From: Longimicrobiales bacterium
Lineage (GTDB): Bacteria; Gemmatimonadota; Gemmatimonadetes; Longimicrobiales; Gaopeijiaceae
Assembly (NCBI GenBank): GCA_965249725.1
Contig: OZ252251.1
Span: 256,001-320,000, forward strand
DNA length: 64,000 nucleotides
Direction: 5' to 3'
The first letter of the stretch is position 1. Every line of letters starts with the position of its first letter. A program made the position numbers and the translations under genes. The notes under the pieces are model-generated. The model was not told the origin of the DNA, did not search any database, and saw nothing but the letters and a program-made list of their open reading frames with translations. Positions 57,831 to 64,000 of the stretch are shown here, in pieces.

Positions 57831-58520
57831 ATGGCGAAACTCGATTATCACGGAAACTCGACGTTCACTCTAACGATCGATGACGGAACCCGTATCGTCA
57901 TCGACCCGTTCTTCAACGACAACCCCTGGACGGAAATACACGCCGCAGACGTCGAGGCTGACTTCATCTTCTGTACGCACGGACATCCAGATCACTTTTC
58001 GGATGCCATTGCCGTAGCTCGATCCACGGGCGCCATGCTGGTGGGGACCTTCGAAGTGGTGAGCTACGTGGAGAGCCGGGGTTACGAGAACGTCCACCCC
58101 ATGTCCATCGGTGGAGGCTGGAATTTCCCCTTTGGCCGGGTGAAGATGACCATCGCGCATCACGGCGGGATGGTAGTCGGCGAGAGGGCGGAGGGCTTCA
58201 CCACCACGCCGGCGGGCTTTCTCTTCGATCTGGGGCCGGGCAAGCGCCTCTACCACGCGGGTGACACGGCCCTGACGTTGGATCTGCAGCTCCTCAAGGG
58301 CAAGGTCGACGTGGCGCTCCTTCCCATCGGCGACAACTTCACGATGGGGCCGGAGGACGCGGTGACCGCCATCGAGTTCATCGAACCGTCCGTCGTGATC
58401 CCGATCCACTACAACACCTGGCCCTGCATTGATCAGAGCGCCGAAGACTTCCGTGCTCTGGTGGGCGATCGAGCCACTGTCGAGATCGTCGAGCCGGGTC
58501 GGGGCTCGTACGAGTTCTGA
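57831..58520 (+). CDS. MBL-fold metal-dependent hydrolase (UPF0173-like)
   Basis: IDPF, THGHPDH, YHAGDT, LPIGDNFTMG, PIHYNTW. Confidence 0.9.
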   Translation: MAKLDYHGNSTFTLTIDDGTRIVIDPFFNDNPWTEIHAADVEADFIFCTHGHPDHFSDAIAVARSTGAMLVGTFEVVSYVESRGYENVHPMSIGGGWNFPFGRVKMTIAHHGGMVVGERAEGFTTTPAGFLFDLGPGKRLYHAGDTALTLDLQLLKGKVDVALLPIGDNFTMGPEDAVTAIEFIEPSVVIPIHYNTWPCIDQSAEDFRALVGDRATVEIVEPGRGSYEF

Positions 58521-59323
58521 TCCAAGCGAGGGCGAGGAGCACCCCCGATACGGGTGCCCTGCGCTGGCGGGTCCTGGAGGACGAGCCCGCGTCGGGGGTG
58601 GTCAACATGGCGGTCGATCACGCGCTGGCTACGTGCCTCGGTTCCGGCGAGGGAGTGCTCCGCCTGTATCGGTGGACAAGCCCGACGGCCTCGTTCGGAA
58701 GGAACGAGCCCTCGAAGGATCGCTACGACCTCCAGGCCGCCAAGAACGCGGGCATCGAGTTCGTGCGTAGACCGACCGGCGGGCGCGCGGTCCTCCATGA
58801 CAGAGAGCTCACGTACGCGGTTGTCATGCCGATCACCACGGGAATGAGCCTACGGGGCGCATACAGACTGGTGAACGAGGGCCTGGTGCGCGCTCTTTGC
58901 TCTCTCGGTGTGCCCGCGTCGATGGCTGCGGCCGGGGAGCGTGCCCTGTCGCCAGCGGCGGGGCCTTGCTTCAGGCGGCCGACGGAGGGTGAGGTGATCG
59001 TGAACGGCAGGAAACTCGTGGGGAGCGCCCAGGCTCGCCTCGCGGGTGCGATGCTGCAGCACGGCTCGCTCCTGGTGGGGTCCGGGCAGGAGCGACTGGC
59101 CGCCCTGCGGGGCGAGATCGAAGAGGCCTCCCAACCCACGTGCCTGGATGAAATCCTGGACGTGGTGCCTTCCTGGGACGTTCTTGTAGGGACGGTGGTG
59201 GCAGGATTGAGCGACGTATTGAGCGGAGAGTGGCATCACGAAGGGCTCAGGGACGCCGAGCGAGCGGAAGCCCGGCTCCTAGAGACCCACTATGCTTCCG
59301 CCGGGTGGACGTGGCGTACGTAG
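58517..59323 (+). CDS. Lipoate-protein ligase / octanoyltransferase (LipM-like)
   Basis: WRVLEDEPASG..NMAVD, LRLYRW, RRPTGGRAVLH, KLVGSAQ, LQHGS. Family-like sequence extends upstream of the first GTG (58598), so the start is uncertain. Confidence 0.85.
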   Translation: MIQARARSTPDTGALRWRVLEDEPASGVVNMAVDHALATCLGSGEGVLRLYRWTSPTASFGRNEPSKDRYDLQAAKNAGIEFVRRPTGGRAVLHDRELTYAVVMPITTGMSLRGAYRLVNEGLVRALCSLGVPASMAAAGERALSPAAGPCFRRPTEGEVIVNGRKLVGSAQARLAGAMLQHGSLLVGSGQERLAALRGEIEEASQPTCLDEILDVVPSWDVLVGTVVAGLSDVLSGEWHHEGLRDAERAEARLLETHYASAGWTWRT

Positions 59324-59376
59324 CGGACGCGAAGCCTACGGGTTCCGCATGCAGCGCCGGAGCGGAGAGAGCTGAC

Positions 59377-61148
59377 ATGAGACAGTCGAGGTGGACGGTC
59401 CTGGCCGTGGCGCTCGTGGTTTCGGGAGCGTGTGGAGGTGGGGAGGCGGGTCCCAGTGGAGAAGTCGTGCCGTGGAGTCTCGATGGGGGCGTAGTAGACA
59501 TCGGCGATGGTATCCCCTTCTGTGAGGCCGCGATGGCACGTGTCGCGGAGTACATGGGGCAGTTCGAGGGGCAGGTGCCTGCGGATGAGCGGTACGGGGG
59601 CACGGCGGCGGTGGCGGCGATCGGTCCCATCCCCGGTGGCGTGAATGCCCATGTCTCCGCCGATCAGGGGGGCAATGAGCATCAGACGTTCATCAACCTG
59701 ATGACGCTGATCAAGTACGATACCGAGCTCAATGCCGTTCCGTACTTGGCCCAGTCGTGGGAGGTTTCAGACGACAACACGCAACTCACGTTTCACCTCC
59801 GGAACGATGTGTATTGGCACGACGGCGAGCTCACTGACGCGTACGACGTGGCCTACACGTACCAGCGGGCGATCGACCCGGAGACCGGATTCCCTCAGCC
59901 CGCCTTCTGGGCACACTACGATCAAGATCCCGGAGGCGTGGAGGTCGTGGACTCCTTCACGGTCAGGTTTCGCATGCGGCCGCACGCCGAGTTTCTCGAC
60001 CCCTGGCGTGAGTTTCCCATCATGCCGCAGCACCTGCTGGAGGGTGTGCCGTCCGCGGAGTTGCGGCAGCACTCCTACGGGGACGTATGCCCAGTCGGCA
60101 ACGGTCCTTTCGTCTTCATACAGCACCAGCAGGGAGCCAACTGGACCTTCCAGGCTAATCCGGCCTTTCCGGCAGGGTTGGGCGGCCGTCCCTTCCTCGA
60201 TCGATACATCTATCAAATCATCGTCGAACCGACCACGATTCTCACCGCTCTGCTCACAGAGAATATCGACGTATACATCGCGCCGACGCCGGACCAGGTG
60301 CAGACCATCCTCGACTCCGACGACTTGGACTTGAGGGTTTACCCCTACCGGCAGATCAATTTCGTCACGTGGAATGCCCGCCGGCCCCAGTTGTCCGACA
60401 AGCGCGTCCGCCAGGCCATCACCAAGGGCACGGACCGCCGGCAGATCGTGGAGGCGTTGTTCGGCACCTATGCCCGCGTGCCGAACACGACCCTACCCTC
60501 TTCTCACTGGGCGTACGACGCCTCGATCGGGGCCGAGACGATGGCGTACGACCCGGAAGCCGCGAGCGCTTGCTGGCCGAAGCCGGATGGATAGACCGGG
60601 ACGGGGACGGGGTGCGGGAGAATGCGCAGGGTCTCCGCCTCTCGATCGAGCTCATATACAGTCAGAACGCCCTTCGGCAGCAGGTCGTGGAGATCATGCA
60701 GGCACAGCTCTCCGAGATCGGAATCGAGGCTCAGCCGACCGTTTTGGCGTATTCGGCTCTTCTCGACCGCATCTTCGACACCGAAGCGCGGGACTTCGAC
60801 GGGATAATGATCGCGTTCACCATGAGCTTCAAGGCAGATGACACCGACTTCTTCCACAGCGACAATATCGATAACGCCTTCGGCTTTTCCGGGACGCAGC
60901 GCGCCGACATGGACGCTCTACTCGAGCGGCTTCCGCTGATCGTTGATCGCGAGGAGGCCAAGCCTGTCTGGAAGGAGTACCAGGAGCTCCTGGTTGACGA
61001 GCAGCCTTGGATGTTCGCCTATGACGCCAATCGTTTCGATGGAGTGAACAAGCGTCTACAGGGTGTCGTCATGGACGCTCGGGGCGAGTGGCAGAACGTC
61101 AAGGACTGGTGGATCCCTGCCGATCAGCGAAAGGGCCCCGGACGCTAG
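59377..61148 (+). CDS. Peptide ABC transporter substrate-binding lipoprotein (family 5), -1 frameshift near 60570 (likely artefact)
   Basis: Lipobox VSGAC, LAQSWEVS, WHDG, GNGPF, VRQAI. YDPEAAS|LLAEAGWIDRDGDG is split across frames. The span of 1772 nt is 1773-1. Confidence 0.88.
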
Positions 61149-61374
61149 AAGGCTGTTGAAGAAGTACAGCGGGTCGCGCACAGGGTGCAACCACCCTGTG
61201 CCCAACAGACGAGTTGATATGAGCTTACGTGTTCGTGGGTTGCGGTGGCACGACCCCATCTCCGTTGTTGGAGCTCCTAACCGTAGCTATGGCTATGGCG
61301 TCGTCGCTCCGCCTAGGATCTGGGGTCGTGGCATCCGCAACGCGGCCCACTGTACTTCTTCAACAGCCTTCTAG
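61145..61374. mobile_element. MITE-like non-autonomous element with CTAG flanks
   Basis: 25-bp perfect inverted repeat CTAGAAGGCTGTTGAAGAAGTACAG (34 bp with 2 mismatches) at both ends, about 220 bp long, no transposase. Confidence 0.75.
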
Positions 61375-61416
61375 TGCCCCCTCGACAGAGGTCGCGTTGA
61401 CCCGGGAGTCCGCGGT

Positions 61417-62406
61417 GTGACCCGGTACGTTGCGCGGAGAGTCCTCGCGGCGATTCCGCTGGTCCTCGGGGTCGCCACGATCGTGTTCTTCGTCGTCAAC
61501 CTGGCGCCTGGAGATCCGGCGCTCAGGTACATCAACCCGAGGCTCTCCTCCGACGCCATAGACCAGATCCGGGCGAGTATGGGCCTCGACCAGCCGGTCC
61601 TTGTCCGGTACGGGAAGTGGATGGTGGCCCTGGCCAAGGGGGATCTGGGATACTCTCTCACGCAGAATCGACCAGTCCTCGACATAGTCCGAGACCTTCT
61701 GCCGAATACGCTGCTACTGTCGGTGACCGCCGTGGGGATCGCCTTCGTCGTTGGAGTTCTTCTCGGGGTCGTTCAGGCCGTGCGCCAGTACTCCATCCTG
61801 GACTCCGTGTCTTCGGTGCTAGCCCTCTTCTTCTACTCTATGCCGTCTTTCTGGTTGGCACTGATGATGATCCTCACCTTCGCCCTCTTCGCGCGGAACG
61901 TGTGGGAGTGGCCCATCTGGTTTCCGCCGTCTGGTATGATCGACCAGGCCCGGTACCCCTTCATGTCCTCACTCGAGAAGGTGCAGGACAGGATCATGCA
62001 CCTGGTATTGCCGGCCACATCGCTGGCCCTCGTACTCGCCGCCGGGATCGCGCGCTTCACTCGAGGCAGTATGCTGGAGGTGATCCGACAGGATTATGTT
62101 CGCACGGCCCGCGCGAAGGGGCTTCCCGAGTGGGTGGTGGTCATGAAACACGCCTTGCGCAACGGGCTCATTCCGGTCGTTACCCTCCTCGGGCTTTACC
62201 TTCCGTTCCTTTTTAGTGGAGCCGTGTTCATCGAGTCGGTATTCGCGTGGCCGGGAATGGGTAAGTTGCTCGTGGATGGCGTCGTCGAGGGGGACTATCC
62301 GGTGGTCATGGGAACGAGCCTGATCTTCGCGACCATGGTCGTTATCGGTAATCTGATCGCCGATCTACTCTATGCCGTGGTTGATCCACGGATCCGGTAT
62401 GACTGA
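61417..62406 (+). CDS. Peptide ABC transporter permease (DppB/OppB-like)
   Basis: APGDP, GDLGYS, SMPSFW, EAA loop DYVRTARAKG, KHALRN. Confidence 0.93.
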   Translation: MTRYVARRVLAAIPLVLGVATIVFFVVNLAPGDPALRYINPRLSSDAIDQIRASMGLDQPVLVRYGKWMVALAKGDLGYSLTQNRPVLDIVRDLLPNTLLLSVTAVGIAFVVGVLLGVVQAVRQYSILDSVSSVLALFFYSMPSFWLALMMILTFALFARNVWEWPIWFPPSGMIDQARYPFMSSLEKVQDRIMHLVLPATSLALVLAAGIARFTRGSMLEVIRQDYVRTARAKGLPEWVVVMKHALRNGLIPVVTLLGLYLPFLFSGAVFIESVFAWPGMGKLLVDGVVEGDYPVVMGTSLIFATMVVIGNLIADLLYAVVDPRIRYD

Positions 62407-63550
62407 CCACACGCTGGATGGGCCGAGCCGGAAACCTCGTGGAGGAGCACGCCTCTCGGCCGTTCTTCCGGGGCTACCCCAACTACTTGCTGGCCGGTGG
62501 GCGGTCGGAACGATGAGCTTGCTGGTCTGGGTCGGCTTCCTGAGCGTGCTCGCCACGCGCTGGAACCGTTTCCAGGAGGCCTGGTCAGGCCCGGCGGATC
62601 ATCGACTCGCCGCCGTGATCCTGGTGGCCGGCCTCCTCTCCGCGTGGTCTTGGTCCATGAGGGACACGAAGCGCCCTGCGTTGGCGAGAGAAGGGGGGAT
62701 TAGCCAGTGGGATCTGGCGGTAGAGGCCTTCAAGAGGAACCGGATCGCGGTGATCGGCTTGTTCGCCCTCGTGTGCTTCTACCTGATCGCATTGATCACC
62801 CCCTTGATCTCGCCGCAAGACCCAACGGTCCAGAACTCGCTCACGACGCAGCGGATGCTTGCTCCGGGCGGTGGTTTTCCACTCGGCACAGACCGCTTGG
62901 CTCGGGATGTGTTCTCACGGATCCTCTACGGCGCGCGCATCTCTCTGTCCATTGGCTTCGTGGCCGTGGGGATCAGTCTCACAATCGGGACCTTGTTGGG
63001 CGCGGTTTCAGGCTTGCTGGGGGGGGGGGTGGTGGACGGACTCATCATGCGCTTCGTGGATATGGTGATCTCGTTTCCGCAACTCGTGCTTCTTATCGCG
63101 ATCATCGCCGTCTTCGAGCAGTCCTCCATCTTCACGATCGTCGCCGTCCTCGGCCTTACGCAGTGGCCCGGAACCACGCGGCTCGTGCGTGCGGAGGTGC
63201 TCAGCCTGAGGGAACGCGAGTTCGTTCAGGCGGCCCGGGCTCTGGGCCTGACTCGGATGAGAATCATACTCCGTCATGTGATCCCAAATACGATGGCTCC
63301 CGTGATTGTGGCGGCGACCTTGGGCATCGGAAACGTGATCGTGCTCGAAGCGGGGCTGTCCTTCTTGGGTATCGGAGTCCAGGCCCCGACACCGTCGTGG
63401 GGGTCGATGGTGGCCGAGGGACAGGATTACCTGTTGAACGCCTGGTGGATCTCGACCTTCCCCGGCCTTGCCATCGTGTTGACGGTAGTGGCCTTCAATC
63501 TCGTTGGCGATGGTCTCAGAGACGCCCTCGATCCGAGGCTGCGCACATGA
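62399..63550 (+). CDS. Peptide ABC transporter permease (DppC/OppC-like)
   Basis: LGTDRLARD, GARISL, EFVQAARALG, RHVIPN, GDGLRDALDP. Confidence 0.93.
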   Translation: MTDHTLDGPSRKPRGGARLSAVLPGLPQLLAGRWAVGTMSLLVWVGFLSVLATRWNRFQEAWSGPADHRLAAVILVAGLLSAWSWSMRDTKRPALAREGGISQWDLAVEAFKRNRIAVIGLFALVCFYLIALITPLISPQDPTVQNSLTTQRMLAPGGGFPLGTDRLARDVFSRILYGARISLSIGFVAVGISLTIGTLLGAVSGLLGGGVVDGLIMRFVDMVISFPQLVLLIAIIAVFEQSSIFTIVAVLGLTQWPGTTRLVRAEVLSLREREFVQAARALGLTRMRIILRHVIPNTMAPVIVAATLGIGNVIVLEAGLSFLGIGVQAPTPSWGSMVAEGQDYLLNAWWISTFPGLAIVLTVVAFNLVGDGLRDALDPRLRT

Positions 63551-64000
63551 GTCGCCTCCTCGCCGTCAACGACCTCCGCACTTACTTCAACACCGACGCG
63601 GGTGTGGCTCGGGCGGTTGACGGCGTGTCCTTCCATGTAGAGGAGGGGGAGACGCTGGGCATCGTGGGCGAGTCCGGGTGCGGCAAGACCGTCACGTCCC
63701 TCTCGATCATGGGACTGATTCCCGATCCGCCGGGTGAGATCCTGAACGGAAGCTCCATACGTTTCTGCGACGAGGAGTTGGTGGGCGCGTCTAATCGGCG
63801 CCTCAGGGAGATCCGAGGGAACGACATCGCCATGATCTTCCAGGAGCCCATGACCTCGTTGAACCCGGTCTTCACGGTGGGCAATCAAATCGCGGAGGCC
63901 CTGAGGCAGCACCGGGGTCTCAACAAGCGAGAGGCCCGGACGGAGAGCGTCAGACTGCTCGGCGAGGTCGGAATTCCCGGGCCCGATCAGCGCTTTGACG
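63547..64000 (+). CDS. Peptide ABC transporter ATP-binding protein (DppD/OppD-like), truncated by the window
   Basis: Translated by hand: MSRLLAVNDLRTYF..AVDGVSF..GIVGESGCGKT..IFQEPMTSLNP. Confidence 0.92.
   Translation, partial: MSRLLAVNDLRTYFNTDAGVARAVDGVSFHVEEGETLGIVGESGCGKTVTSLSIMGLIPDPPGEILNGSSIRFCDEELVGASNRRLREIRGNDIAMIFQEPMTSLNPVFTVGNQIAEALRQHRGLNKREARTESVRLLGEVGIPGPDQRFD

Overview
This is a GC-rich, gene-dense bacterial chromosomal segment from a diderm heterotroph. Gene content is consistent with Gemmatimonadota, which is an inference only. (1) 1-10 kb, minus strand: a respiratory/maturation cluster with a membrane-anchored di-heme cytochrome c (missed by the ORF track), a Nitrospira-type cytochrome-bd-like oxidase subunit, an AhbD/NirJ-like radical SAM/SPASM protein, a large tandem-USP protein, an ABC pair, a Zn-ribbon protein, an Mrp/ApbC ATPase and a 3Fe-4S-type ferredoxin. 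Three of these proteins carry four copies of one small PCP_red-like helical module, and this is the best candidate for an undescribed system. (2) Housekeeping genes: phzF-like, a VWA/AAA pair split by mutY, ETF-QO, Nudix, ggt, lon, ygfZ, skp, spy-like and ypdA. (3) A selenocysteine-containing selD (in-frame UGA plus SECIS-like hairpin). (4) A Tat D-aminoacylase-luxE-luxC operon with no luciferase. (5) moxR-DUF58-transglutaminase. (6) An actABCDEF alternative complex III operon with no oxidase genes attached. (7) gcvH-gcvP-lipM and a peptide ABC operon interrupted by a MITE-like element. Four genes have single-base frameshifts at short homopolymers, probably assembly errors. No rRNA, tRNA or CRISPR array was recognised.
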